Shown here piece by piece: positions 1 to 13,776 of a stretch of 64,000 bases of DNA. Origin of the DNA: the human T2T-CHM13v2.0 reference genome, Homo sapiens; the NCBI RefSeq assembly GCF_009914755.1, contig NC_060947.1. One strand, 5' to 3'. Positions within the stretch are counted from its first letter, which is position 1. Every line of letters begins with the position of its first letter. Both the position numbers and the translations under genes were made by a program. The notes beneath the pieces are model-generated. The model was not told the origin of the DNA, ran no database searches, and saw only the letters and a program-made list of their open reading frames with translations.

Positions 1-3000
1 GCCCCGCCATAGTGCCCAGCTGATCCTGGAACCTATTTTTCTCTCCCTGATGTGGCTGTTGCTGTGTCTTAGGCTGCTGAGAGCATATTGTCACATGATC
101 AAAAAGAGAACATTTAGGATTTCACAACCCTGAAATTATAGTAAGCCTGTTAATTTGGGTCTTGGGCTAAAGACTGCAATAGTACCCACTCTGCAACCTG
201 AGTGGAGGACTGCATATTTACTCACATTAGAAGCAAACAAAGTTTTGGTAAGATCATTAGGATAGATTCCTAAAACTAATGTATATATCAAAGGCCATGC
301 AATTTTAACTGTTTGTTAAAAATCTCACTCCAGAAAGATTGTTTTCAAATTATATTCTCATGAGTAATGAGAGGGAATTTTTTTTGCCTCTATCATTACT
401 AAAACTTTAATTTCAATAAAGATAATATTCCCAAAAATAAATACTTTTTCCCACAATAAAATTCCTTTTTTTGGGTCCTGTTTCACCTCTATCACCAAAA
501 AGGTAGGCTTTTACAAAATGTTTACTTTCTCCCTCTCTTTTGCCCTACCATAATTGAAACAATTGGAATACTTTTAATTCTACTTTCACACCCTACTCTC
601 ATCCCCCAAACCATGGGGCTGGTGGAGATAGTTGATGTCTGAAGGTATAAAAGTAATACAGCTAAGGATTTTTTTAAAAAATCATTTTTAGGCCTCTATA
701 GGGAGCAATATTTAACTTATAATATGAAAGCCTATTAATCAGCTTTCAGATATTGAGCATTAAATGACATTTTTAGGGATGAAGACAACAGCAAAGTTGA
801 ATTTAGACCTTGTCAAAATTTAAGGAGGTCTCCAACATTAAGGTGTTCCCAACTCCCCAAAAGAATATAAGTATATTCAAATAATGAGTTAGCAAAGTTA
901 CCAAGTACAATGGTGAAAGAAAAAAAAAGAATACCTGCCCATAAGATGTTGTGAAAAAATACGAGGATCAAACATAAAAAAAAAAATTCAGATGTAACCA
1001 CCCACAAATTTGGGGGCCACATTCACATTCAGCAGGAAATCTTAAGGAGGAGAATTTATTCTAAAGTGGTTCTGGGCTGGTTGTGTAGAGAATATAAGGT
1101 TAAAGGATATGTACATTCAAATTGACTTTCAACTTAAAAGATTGCCTACAATCCTTCCAAAGGCTCCACTGCTCCCAGTTTGATCTGCCTTCATGGAATC
1201 ACAGAGATAGCCTATGTTGGAAGCCAAAGCTGTGTAATACCCTGACTATAATCATCATTCTCAGTGCTTTCCTTTACTGTTATTACCTGAGTGGGAATAT
1301 TACCCTGGCTGAATTTGGAGTCCCTCTCTCACCAACTGTCCAGCCATTTCCAAAGTGAGTTTAATGAGTATTCTTATATCTCTAGTGTTAGCAGAAGACT
1401 AGACAACAGAGTGCATTGAACAGGACTCTCCTGGGCAACGCTGGAACCTCAGACCAGCATGGGTCATTTGAACCCATTCAATGAATTAGCGTCTACACAA
1501 TGTATGTAATCAAGGCCATCAAGATGAGAGTAAGGAACTTGCCATGTAAGTAGCCATGACATCAGATCCAGCCTTGTCCCCTCTGCCAAAACAAAAACAT
1601 ATTAATTTGTAATACTTAAAAATGATGAAGACATGTGTAACGAGGTCCTAATATGTACAAAGAAATGTTAGATGTGCCTCATGCGCATGACCTTATTTCA
1701 TCATCATTTTAAGATGGAGTCCATATTTCTGCCTACTCTTTTACACCAGTACAGATAGAGAAACAGGCATTTGCAAACAAGAGATTATACTCCAGGTATT
1801 TTTTTAAATTGGAAATTTTAAGAATGTTTTCTCAATAGTTAATATAACAACTAGACAAAATACCAGCACGGACATAGAAAATCTAAAGAATAATACACAT
1901 GTCTAGAACACTGTATCAAACAGCTAATACACAGTGTTTTCGAGTGCATGTGGTACATTCACCAAGATAAGCCATTTACTAAGGCATTAAACAAGTCTCG
2001 ATAAATTTTAAAAGCTTGATGTTCTTTGGTCATAGTAGGAGAAAAAGCATTTGACAACATTGAACATCAGTTCATAAAAAATCCCAGCAAATTGGGATTG
2101 GAAGGGAATTCTTGTCTGATAAGGAGCTTCTACAAAAACCTATAGCTAACGTCATACTTAATGGTAAAATGTTGAGTGTACTTCAGGTATTTTTAAGTGG
2201 GTATATTTAAGCCCTTAGTTCATATAATTGCAAGCAAGGCTGAGGGAGAAGGATCTAGCTGTCATATTATTTTCCATGGTGTTAAGATTAATACCCACTA
2301 AAACAGATACTGTTAATATTCTATCTTTATCCCCTTGGTACTCTTGGCCATTTTAATCCACCTTAGCTCTGCTTTTGCTTTTTCCCCCAATAGCCAGAAT
2401 CTGTGGCTTTTTGTCACAGGACTACAGAACCAACCTCCTTTTGTCTCCAAGCATGAAGAGCCAGTATCTGAGAATTAAAGTCCTCCAGAGAGTAGACTTT
2501 AGCTAATAATTGGTAGATATATAGTTATAAGTATTCCAGCTCTGTTGTTCTGTTTGAGACAACTGTGATTTGTGACCTGTATTGTCTCCAGTGTCCCCCT
2601 ATTGGATTGTGCCAAAGTGATCCTAAATGGTACCTTGGTTGATATCAAAATATTGTTCGGCCTTCTTCCTCTCCCTGTTGCATGGTCCCACTCCCTGGTC
2701 ACTATATTTTTACTTGGACCACTTCCTAATATATCACTTTCCGATGAGTCCTCAATCAGAGTCAGCTTATGGGGAACCCAATCTAAAGGCACAGCCAAGT
2801 TGTTTTCCAAAATATTTCTTTTACTTTACACTCTTGCCCTCAATGTTTGTGGTCCCATTTCCTCACTAGTATTTGGTACCATCGGTCTAACTTTTTGTCA
2901 AGTGTGTTGCTTTAATTACTTTGTATTGACTAAATTTATATGTTAACTATGCATATTAACTTTTTGGAGTGATCACTAAAATAATGTAAATAGAATGTAT

Positions 3001-4202
3001 AACTTCTTAATGAGTAGAAAAAAGTAATGAATTAATACAAGGAACTTAGAACGTTTTAATTACAAATAATTGCCTCCCAGGGTAAATGTTCTTCTTCTCA
3101 TTACTTTAGCTCTGTTTTTTCATCTTCAAATTAGACATTTATGCTATTGTTTGTTTAGATTTAGCCATGTATTTGCCATTTTCTTTGCCAGCATTCCAGA
3201 CATTTATACTAGTACATTTTCCTTCTTCTAAAGTATATCCTATAGATATACTCCTTTAATAATGGTCTATTAGGGAAACTGTGATGTCTTTCATTTTCTG
3301 AAAAGTTATTTTATCCTCATTCTTTTAAAATTATTCTTGTTGAGTCTCTTTGACTTGTGGAACCATTCATATCTCTTTTTTTCTATATAATATTGTATTA
3401 TGTACCACCAAAACCTTAGTGATGCAATAGTTCTTAAATGACAATTTCACTTTTTTGTCCTAAATTTTTCCCGTTAATCCATCGTCATCAGTTTGGCAAG
3501 TTTTGATACAGGTGCTTTTAATGTTTGCATGTAAGCAGGCAGTAACTATTATGTCACAGCAGCCCCTGGGCCAACAACAATTCATAATTTTGATTGATTG
3601 TAATAAACACCTTGATATAAGAGATATTAAAAAGTGACAAATTTGAATAGAATTGATGGAAACAGCATTATTCTGTAGTCTTTTAGCTTCCATTTTTGCT
3701 ATTAAAAAATTATTTGTCAGCCTAATTTTGTGTTTCCTCTTTAGTTGTTTGAAAGATCTCTTTGTGTTTGGTGTTCTGTAACTTTTCTACTGCTTATCTA
3801 AATATACAATCCTTTTTCTTTTTCTGATATTAAAAAAACTGAGATATGTTACATCCAGCAAAGGATAAAAATCTTAAGTGTATAACTAGATGAACATTTA
3901 CATATGTATACATCAGTATAACACCACTCAGATCAATGTATAGAACATTTCCAGCATTCAAAAGGACTCTCATGCCCCCTCTCAGGCAGGAGCCTCTTAT
4001 GTATAAACATTCTTCTGACCTTTATTACCAAAGATAAACTTTACCTGTTTTTGAACTGCTTGTAAATGAAATTATACAGAATTTATGCTGTATGTCTGTG
4101 AGATTCATCTATGTTGTGTGTTTCAAGTGTTCACTCTTATTTATTGAGGTATAAGTTGATAAGTCTGTGGTGATATCTCATTGTGCTAAATTTGCATTTC
4201 TA

Positions 4203-4498
4203 GGCTGAGTGAAGTGGCTGACACCTGCAATCTCAGCACTTTGGGAGGCTGAGGTGGGAGGATTACTTGAGCACAGGAGTTCCAGACCAGCCTGGACAAT
4301 ATAGTGAGACCATATCTCTAAAAAAAAAAAAAAAAAAAAAAAATTAGCTAGGTGTGGTGGTATGCACCTGTAGTCCCAGCTACTCAAGAGGCTGACAGAA
4401 TCACCTGAGCCTGGGAAGTCCAGGTTGCAGTGAGTTGTGATTGTGCCACTGCACTCCAGCCTGGGTGACAGAGTGAGACCCTGTTTCTAAAAAAAAAA
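4203..4498 (+). mobile_element. Alu (old, AluJ-like)
   Basis: Dimeric Alu arms, expanded middle A-tract (4320-4343), CACTCCAGCCTGGGTGACAGAGTGAGAC and A tail. Confidence 0.9.
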
Positions 4499-4630
4499 TT
4501 ACATTTCTATTATTACTAATGATAATGCGTGTCTCTTCATATGCTTTTTACCCACTTTGCTACCCTTTTTAATGAAATGCCGATTACTATGGTTGGAATA
4601 TTTGTCCCCACTAAAACTCATGGTGCAACT

Positions 4631-5281
4631 TGATATGGTTTGGCTGTGTCCCCCCAACCCAAATCTCATCTTGAATTGTAATCCCCATAATCCCCACATG
4701 TTGTGGGAAGGACCCAGCAGGAGGTAACTGAGTTATGGGGGCGGTTTTCCCCATGCTATTCTTATGATAATGAGTGAGTCTCACAAGAGCTGATGGTTTT
4801 ATAAGCATCTGGCATTTTCTCTGCTGGCTCTCATTCTCTTTTTTTTTTTTTTTTTATTTACCTGCAGATTAAAGTGTTCTTTATTTTTCTGCCTCTCTTT
4901 CTTAATTTTTTTTTAAATAATATGGATTGTAGTAAAGAGAAAGAAAAGAAAGAAAAAAGAAGGAAGGAAGGAAAGAAGAAAGAAAAGGAGGAAATGAGAG
5001 AAGGGAGGGAGGGAGGAAGGGAGAAAGGCAGGAAAGGAGAAAAAAGAAAGCAAGAACTCAAGAAAGAAAGTGAGAAAAGAAGGAAGGAGGAAGAGAGAAT
5101 CTGGCTCTCATTCTCTATCCTGCCACCCTGTGAAGAGGTGCCTTCCACTGTGATCCTAAGTTTTCTGAGGCCTCCCCAGAACTGTGAGTCAATTTAACTG
5201 TGAGTCAATTAAACCTGTTTTCTTTATAAATTACCCAGTCTTGGGTATTTCTTCACAGCAGCATGAGAACAGACTAACACA
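4631..5281 (+). mobile_element. THE1 solo LTR containing a retroposed insert at 4840-5100
   Basis: TGATATGGTTTGGCTGTGTCCCC start; AATTAAACC..TTTATAAATTACCCAGTC..GACTAACACA end. Confidence 0.85.
4840..5100 (-). mobile_element. TSD-flanked, poly(A)-tailed insert of non-TE sequence (candidate orphan 3' transduction)
   Basis: CTGGCTCTCATTCTCT at 4824-4839 and 5101-5116; poly-T about 4840-4855; minus-strand AATAAA at 4880-4885. Confidence 0.8.
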
Positions 5282-5732
5282 ACTTAATCCCCAGTGTGGC
5301 AATATTGAGAGGTAGGGCCTTTAAGAGGTGATTGGATCATCTCTTAAAGTAAATGGATTAATTCATTCATAGATTAATGGATTAATGGGTTGTTCTGGGA
5401 AAGGAACTGGTGGCTTTATAAGAAGAGAAAGGGAAAGGGAAATCTGAGCTTGCAAGTTAGCACACTCAGCTCCTTCACCATGTGATACCCTGCACCATAT
5501 TGGGACTCTGCAAACAGTCCTCACCAGCAGGAAGGGTCTCATCAGTTGTGACCCCTTGACTTGGACTTCTCTGCCTCCATAACTGTAAGAATACATTATT
5601 AAAAAAAAAATTACACTGTTTCAGGTATTCTGTTATAAGCAACAGAAAATTAACTAATACACTCATTCAAAAATCTCACCTATTTTTTATTGGTTTCTCA
5701 TTTTATTGACTGGTGGCAACTATTTATATGTT

Positions 5733-7754
5733 CTTTTTTTAAAAAAAATTTTAGTTTCAGGGGTACCTGTGCAGGTTTGTTATATAAATTGCATGTCGCA
5801 GGGCTTTGGCATACAGATTATTTTGTTGCCTAGGTAATAAGCCTAGTACCCAATAAGTAGTTTTTCAATCTTCACCCCCATCCCACCCTCCAACTTCAAG
5901 TAGGCCCTGGTGTCTATTGTTTCTTTCTTTGTGTTCATGTGCACTCAATGTTTAGCTCCCACTTGTAAGTGAGAACGTGGTATTTGGTTTTCTGTTCCTG
6001 CTTTAGTTCACTTAAGATAATGGCCTCCAGCTCATTCCTTATTGTTGCAAAGGACGTGATCTCATTCTTTTTTATGGCTGCCCAGTATTCCATGGTGTAT
6101 ATGTACCACATTTTCTTTATTGAGTCTACCATTGATGAGCATTTAGGTTGATTCCATGTCCTTGCTATTGCTAGTGCTGCAATGAACATATGCATGCATA
6201 TGTCTTTATGGTAGAACAATTCATATTCCTTTGGGCATGTACCCAATAAAGGGATTGTTGGGTTGAATGGTAGTTCTATTTTAAGTTCTTTGAGAAATTG
6301 CCAAACTGCTTTCCACAGTAGCTGAACTAATTTACATTCCCACCAGCAGTGTATAAGTGTTCCCTTTTCTCTGCAACCTTGCAAGCATTCTCTTATTTTT
6401 TGACCTTTTAATAATAGCCATTCTGACTGGTGTGGGATGGTATCTCATTGTGGTTTTGATTTGCATTTCTCTAATGATTAGTGATGTTAAGCATTTTTTT
6501 CTTATTTATTGGCTGCTTGCATGTCTTCTTTAGAGAGGTGTCTGTTCATGTTGTTTGTCCACTTTTTAATGAGATTTTTTTTTCTCATTGAAATTGTTTA
6601 AGTTCCTTGTGGATTCTGGATATTAGACCTTTGTCAGATGCCTAGTTTGCGATTATTTTCTACTATTCTGTAAGTCATCTGTTTATCTGTTGATAGTTTC
6701 TTTTGCTGTGCAGAAACTCTTTAGTTTAATTAGGTCCCATTTGTCAATTTTTGCTTTTGTTGCAATTGCTTTTGGTATCTTCATCTTGAAATCTTTGCCA
6801 GGACTTATGTTCAGAATGGTATTTCCTAGGTTTTATTCAAGGGGTTTTATAGTTTAAAGTTTTACAGTTAAGTCTTTAATCAATCTTGAGTTGACTTTTG
6901 CATATGGTGTAAGGAAGAGGTCCAGTTTCAGTCTTATGCGTATGCTAGCCAGTTATCCCTGCACCATTTATTGAATAGGGATTCCTTTCCTCATTGCTTG
7001 TTTTTGTCAACTTTGTCGAAGATTAGATGGTTGTAGTTGTGTGGTTTTCTATCTGGGCTCTGTATTCTGTTACATTGGTCCATGTGTCTGTTTTTGTACC
7101 AGTACCATGCTGTTTTGGTTACCGTAGACTTGTCGAATGGTATGAAGTCGGGTAGTGTGATGCCTCCAGCAGTTTTGTCCTTTTTGCTTAGGATTGCTTT
7201 GGCTATTCGGGCTCTTTTGTGGTTCCATAGAAATTTTAGAATAGATTTTTCTAGTTCTGTGAAAAATGTCATTGGTAGTTTGATAGGAATAGCATTGAAT
7301 CTTTAAATTGCTTTGGGCAGTATGGCTATTTTAACAATGTTGATTTTTTTCTGTAGATGAGCATAGAATGTTTTTCCATTTGTTTGTGTCATCTCTGATT
7401 TCTTTCAGCAGTATTTTGTAATTCTTGTTGTAGAGATTTTTCACCTTCCTGGATATCTGTATTCCTAGGTATTTTATTTTTTTGTGGCTATCGTGAATGG
7501 GATTTCATTCTTTATTTGGCTCTCAGCTTGGATGTTGTTTGTGTATAGAAATGCTACAGATTTCTGTATACTGATTTTGTGTCCTGAAACTTCGCTGAAG
7601 TTGTTCATCAGATCCAGGAGCTTTTGGGCAGAGACTTTGGGGTTTTCTAGGTGTAAAATCATAGTGTCTACAAACAAATAGTTTGACTTCCTCTCTTCCT
7701 TTTTGGATGCCTTTTATTTCTTTGTTTTGTCTGATTGCTCTTGCTAGGACTTCC
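5733..7754 (-). mobile_element. L1 (L1PB-like), 5'-truncated, ORF2 C-terminus plus 3' UTR
   Basis: Minus-strand ORFs with L1 ORF2 motifs ([34 protein letters not shown]); poly-T at left end. Confidence 0.9.
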
Positions 7755-8049
7755 TATATTCTTGATGTTCATATCTTCCAGGAAAAGACCACTAGGGACA
7801 TCTTGTCATTGAACAAATATTGAGTTTATTATTCATTGCAGTGAAGGAGAACATACCATAGAGAACTGTTGGGAATCTCAGCAAAAAGGTGTTAGAAAAT
7901 GTTTGAAGTGTTTGGGCGTATATTAGGTGATTTTTGAGAAGTTTAAGGAAGTGAAGCTTTGCTCTGGCTTGGATGCTGTCAGGAAGCAGGGCTAATTGTA
8001 TGCTGAGTGTCTTAATAAACATTTTATCTGGGAGGGCAGACATTATTAG

Positions 8050-9430
8050 TGTTTTTTTGTGTCCTGTTTAATACATCTCTGCCAAACTTAATATCATAGT
8101 CTCCTATACTTTCCTCTAATATCGTATTTTAGCTTTCAAATTTAAGTCTATGATCCATACTGAATTAATTTTTATGTATGCTGAGAGGTAGGGACCAATG
8201 TTCATTTTTCAATATAGGTATCTAATTGATCCAATAGCACTTATTGCAAAGACTATTCTTTCCCCCCAGTGAATTGCAATGGTGCCTTTGTTATAAATTA
8301 GGTCACCATATATGTGTGAATTTCTTTCTGGACTGTTTATTGTATTGCATTTTTCTGTCTATCCTTGTACCAATACCATACACCTTAATTTATGTTCCTT
8401 TATAGTAAGTCTTAATATCTGATAATGTAAGCCATCTAACTTTGTACTTCTTGAATATTACCTTGGCTATTCTAGATCCTTTGCCTTTCCATATAAATTT
8501 TAGAGTCACTTACCAATGTCTTTTGTGTAAGAAATCTTTGTCTAACCCAATATCATGAAGATACACTCTACTCTTATGTTTTCTTCTAAAATCTGCTTGA
8601 TTTTTATTGGGATTGCATTGAATCTAAAAATAAATTTAGGGAAAATATATACTGTAACAATTTTGAATTTTCCAATTCATTAACATCTTATATCCTTCCA
8701 TTTATTTAGTTGTTTAATTCATCTTAATAATGTTTTGTAGTTACTAGTGTTGAGGTATTGCAGCTATTTTATAGATTTATTTCTAGATATTTGATACTTT
8801 ATAACACAACCATAAATGGTATTATTTTGTTAAATTTTATTTCTACTTTGTTGTTATTAAATAGAAATACAATTAATTTTTTATAACAGCTTTATTGAGA
8901 TATGATTCACTTACTATAATATTACCCTTTAAAAATATACAAGTCAGTGGTTTTTAGTATACTTGCAGAGTTGTCCAACCATTACCATTATCTAATTTTA
9001 GAACATTTCTATCACCCCAAGAAAATACCCTATGCCTCCCTATTTTCTCCTTCCCCAAGCCCCAGGCAACCTCTAAATGATTTTCCACATCTATATATTT
9101 GTGTATTCTGGAAGTTTCATTTAAATGGAATCATACAATATGTGGTATTTTGTGACTGGTTTCTTTTATTTAGCATTATGTTTTCAAGGTACATCCAAGT
9201 TGTAGCATGTATGTAGCATTCATTCCTTTTTAAGGTTGAATTCCATTGAACGGATATACTATATTTTATCTATTCATCAGTTTCTGGAGTTTTGGGTTGT
9301 TTCTCATTTTTTGTTATTATGAATAATGCTGCTATGAACATTCATGTACAAGTTTTTGTGAGGTCATATATTTTCAGTTCTCTTGGATATATACCTAGGA
9401 ATAGAATTACTGTATGGCAACTCTCTGCTT
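8050..9430 (-). mobile_element. Old L1M fragments (ORF2 part and L1MB/ME-type 3' end)
   Basis: Degenerate L1 reverse-strand text, e.g. GGGATTGCATTGAATCT and GCTGCTATGAACATTCATGTACAAGTTTTTGTG. Confidence 0.65.
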
Positions 9431-9911
9431 AACAATATTAATAATTACATATTATCACCAACTCCTACTGATGACACTTATGTTGCTTCAAATTTTGGCT
9501 ACTGCAAACAGGGCTGCTGCTTATGATCTATAGGTTGCTCACTTCAGAAGTGCCTCTTACCAAATGAGTGACTGAGGCTACAATCTAGCCCCTACCCAGT
9601 CCACCATGTGAACCAGTGGGGCTGCATACACACTTAATAAGGTTTGCTTTTTTTGAAGCACAAAATTACTAACAGTTTAACAAACTCAGCATTCATGGGG
9701 CTGCTTTCCCCAAGAGGAGGTACCTTTTATTAATTTAGATAAAGGTACTATGCAGCTTAGCAGAGGTACTAATCATACATACATTTTTAAAAAATGCTAT
9801 TGTCAACATCCTTGTTGGAATTGCTTGGTTGTAGGATATGTTTGTCTTAAACTGTACAAGGTGCTGCCACATTCATCTCCAATTTTGTTGTACTATTCTA
9901 CACTGTTATAA

Positions 9912-10280
<369 letters not shown>

Positions 10281-11599
10281 TAATGCTTTTGAAATGATAC
10301 TGTTTTTGTTCTATTTAAAATCTCTCTGATTACTATTGCAATTATCCATCTTTTCAAATGTTTCTCACTTGGAATTGATTGTTCACATATCTCTTGGATA
10401 CCTTCCATTTGCTCTTCCAGATTCACTTTCCACTCTCCTCTATCCTGGAACAGGGTCAGCTCTGTTCCTAGAGGCTGACCTTTATGGACTGCATAAACCA
10501 TTCCCTTGCTCTCTGGCTTCTGGTTGAGTTTGTCCAATGGTAGAGCTCCATCTCTACCAGATTAAGAGGTGGCTGTGGCTGAGTTCCTCTATCAAAGGCC
10601 ACAGGTCCTTTCCAGGGATTCTCTTCTATAGCTAGAGCTCTCTGTGTTCCAGTAACCCCTCCCTGCCCTTACCCTTTCATGCCTTGGTGGGAGGCAACAG
10701 CTCATTACTGTTGCTAGCCTCAGGATAATTCAAAATCCATTGTTGGTTTCAGTATTAGTCAGCTATTGCTACAATAATGCTGTATAAGAAATCTCCGCCA
10801 AATTAATTAACAATCATTTGCTCTCTTTGCTCATGTGCTATGGGCCATCTGGGGCTATTCTTCTCCAGGATGCAGTTCATGTGGGCTTGGCTCTGGGATT
10901 CAGATTGTGTTTAGATCTGTTCCATGTGAATCACTGTATGGCCCAAGCTGAGGGATCAGCAACAACCGGGGGCATGCTCTTCTCATGGCAATCATAGGAG
11001 GGCAAGAAAACAAGCAAAACCACTCAAGCATATTTAAATCCTCTCTTCATGTCATGTCTGCTCATGTTCCATTGAAAATAACAAATGATGGCCAAGCTTA
11101 GAGCCAGGGGAGCAGGGAAGTACACCCACCATAGGGGTGTGGGGAAGTGAGGAGTGAATATTTGTGGAACAGTTATCCAATCTATCATAATTTATCTGAA
11201 ACCTACCCACACATCTGTATATAGTCTCTTCTTTTAATTCTCCTCAATCATCCCATTTGTGTATACCTTCTGTTTCTTTTTGGGACCCTGATGGATACTA
11301 TATACCCCTCACAAATTTCTATAGATTTTTCAGTTTTCAATGCCATACATTTAATCTCCCTGTGTTTTAGAGCAGCCTTTTTTTTTTCTTTCATTTTGTT
11401 GTGTGCATCCCCCTCTCTAAGGCCCTACTCCATCTCTGGCATCAACCTTTCCTCCCGTCTTGTGGCCCGCACTAACACCCTAGTGTGTATGTCTATATTT
11501 TTCTTCATACTTAGCTTATTGTGTGTGCGTGTGACTGTGTGTGTGTATTCATATGTAGGCCTTTGGGGTTAACATCTGTTTAACAAAAAATGGGCCACA

Positions 11600-12227
11600 C
11601 ATTATTCACAATAGCAAAGACTTGGAACCAACCCAAATGTCCAACAATGATAGACTGGATTAAGAAAATGTGGTACATATACACCATGGAATACTATGCA
11701 GCCATAAAAAATGATGAGTTCATGTCCTTTGTAGGGACATGGATGAAATTGGAAATCATCATTCTCAGTAAACTATCTCAAGAACAAAAAACCAAACACT
11801 GCATATTCTCACTCATAGGTGGGAATTGAACAATGAGAACACAAGGACACAGGAAGGGGAACATCACACTCTCGGGACTGTTGTGGGGTGGGGGGAGGGG
11901 GGAGGGATAGCATTAGGAGATATACCTAATGCTAGATGACGAGTTAGTGGGTGCAGCGCACCAGCATGGCACATGTATACATATGTAACTAACCTGCACA
12001 TTGTGCACATGTACCCTAAAACCTAAAGTATAATAATAATAAATTAATTAATTAAAAAAAAAACAGAATACAATTTTCCAGTTTAATTTGACAGATGGTT
12101 TTTTCTTTAAAAAAAAATACAAGTAGTAACTGCCTTTGTTAATAACTGCCTTTGTGAATAAAAGGTAACACTACAAGTAGGTATTGCATAAATATTAAAA
12201 ATTCTCCATCTTATTCTCCACTAAAAA
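11600..12227 (+). mobile_element. Young L1PA (L1PA2/3-like) 3' end with 3'-transduced segment
   Basis: L1 ORF2 end and 3' UTR to an A-rich tail ending about 12063, then unique DNA and a second A-tract; TSD AAAAAATGGGCCACA at 11585-11599 and 12228-12242. Confidence 0.88.
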
Positions 12228-12433
12228 AAAAAATGGGCCACATTATGCAGTTTTCTGCATATTGTGTTTCTTACTGAACAAAACCTTGCAAAAATCTCTC
12301 CAAAGTAGCTAGCATAGGTCTATCTTCTTCCTTTTAAATGGTGAATTAAAGAAAAAAAAAGGAGTACACCACCTCCTCCAGGTAACACCACATCAAAAAA
12401 CTAGTCAATGTGGCCTCTCCTCAATTCAGACAA

Positions 12434-12738
12434 TTTTTTTTCTTTTTCTTTTCTTTTTTTTAGACAAGGTCTTCTGTCGCCTAGGATAGAGTGCAGTGAC
12501 GTGATCATAGCTCACTGCAGCCTCTAATTCCTGGGCTCAAGCAATCCACCCACCTCAGCCTCCTGAGTAGCTGGGACTACAGGTGTGCACTACCACACCT
12601 GGCTAATTTTTAAATTTTTTGTAGAGACAGGGTCTCACTGTGTTGTCCAGGCTGGTCTCCAACTCCTGGCCTCAAGCAATCATCCTGCCCAGGCCTCCCA
12701 AAGTGCTGGGATTACAGCCGTGAGCCACTGTGTCCGGT
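12434..12738 (-). mobile_element. Alu (AluJ-like)
   Basis: Reverse-strand Alu with J-type GATCATAGCTCACTGCAGCCTC. Confidence 0.88.
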
Positions 12739-13657
12739 CTCAAATTAGAACATTTCTGAATGGCTGTCCCAACTTTAGATATCCCGTGGGATCAGGTGAG
12801 GCGTCTGTTGTAACTGTATGTGTCTTCATAAATTCTCCCTCTGCTGGATCCTACTTCAATCACTCCATTACAAGTGTTGTTCATGAGAGTCTGTTTCTGA
12901 GGGAACTTAAAGTTTAATACTTGGTGTTAGCGGTGGTCATGAGGCAGATTATAAAATTGGATTTTGGAGCTTGATTACCTGCCAGGTGGCTAGAAATGGG
13001 AACTACATCACTATTGGTAAAGGAAGTACTGATAACCTGCTATGTGGTAGTGGTGCAATTGTCAAAACTTTCACCAGTGGTGAACTGAGATAGGATACCA
13101 ATGGAAGGAAATTTAGTGACAGGTGCAATATCTCAAGAATTTGAAAGGTTCAGAGGAAGTAGTAATTATAAAGATTATGTGATCATATGGTTGTTACTAG
13201 AGGCTATTGAATTGCAGAGAGACAATGAAAGGCTAAGGGTGATTAATCACCAATTTAAGTTAAAGTTGAAAGACAAAGAGTCTCATCTCCCCAAGGCAGA
13301 GGACAGAAAACTATAAGGATTGGACCTGTAAGCACCAGTCCTTTTTGTGGTGCAATCAGTCTGTTTTCATTTTCCACCCACGCATCAGGCAAATCTATCT
13401 ACACACTCAGCCTATTCCCACCTCTTTACATGTTCTGGAAATTCACACAAATTAGAAATAAGGGACAGAGTTGGATGCGTGATCTTTTAATACCAGAGTG
13501 CTGTGCTATTGGGTTCTACTGGAATAAATTTCACCAACAAATTTGAACATCAAATAGTTGATGGAACAGAGGCTGTTTATAGCACTATAGATTTAAGAGA
13601 TTAGCCTACAGATAAAAAGTAATGAGTATTAACTTTTATTCTGCTCATTAGAGAAAG

Positions 13658-13776
13658 TTATAATTGTATTATAACTAAATTATAATACAATTATATAATT
13701 GTATTATAATTGTATTATATACAATTGTATAATACAATTATACAATATAATAATATAATATAAATTGTATTATAAC
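13658..13776. repeat. AT-rich inverted/palindromic repeat cluster (TATAATTGTAT units in both orientations)
   Basis: Perfect 30-bp palindrome 13680-13709; 16-bp stem/5-nt loop 13659-13695. Confidence 0.85.

Larger units (their letters stand above)
4585..5661 (+). mobile_element. MaLR LTR (MSTC/MSTD-like), interrupted by a THE1 LTR
   Basis: Starts TACTATGGTTGGAATATTTGTCCCC, resumes after 5281 (TAATCCCCAGTGTGGCAATATTGAGAGG) and ends ACTAATACA. Confidence 0.75.

Noticed and set aside
2499-2946. Overlapping 103-aa and 124-aa ORFs on opposite strands
   Set aside because: No recognisable family, promoter or splice context
4858-5197. Lys/Glu-rich and Phe/Ser-rich ORFs
   Set aside because: Translations of the purine/pyrimidine simple repeat inside the retroposed insert
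10370-11280. Possible ancient ERVL/MaLR LTR fragments (also 7790-8040, 12920-13330, 17630-18020)
   Set aside because: They look LTR-derived but are too degenerate to delimit or name by eye
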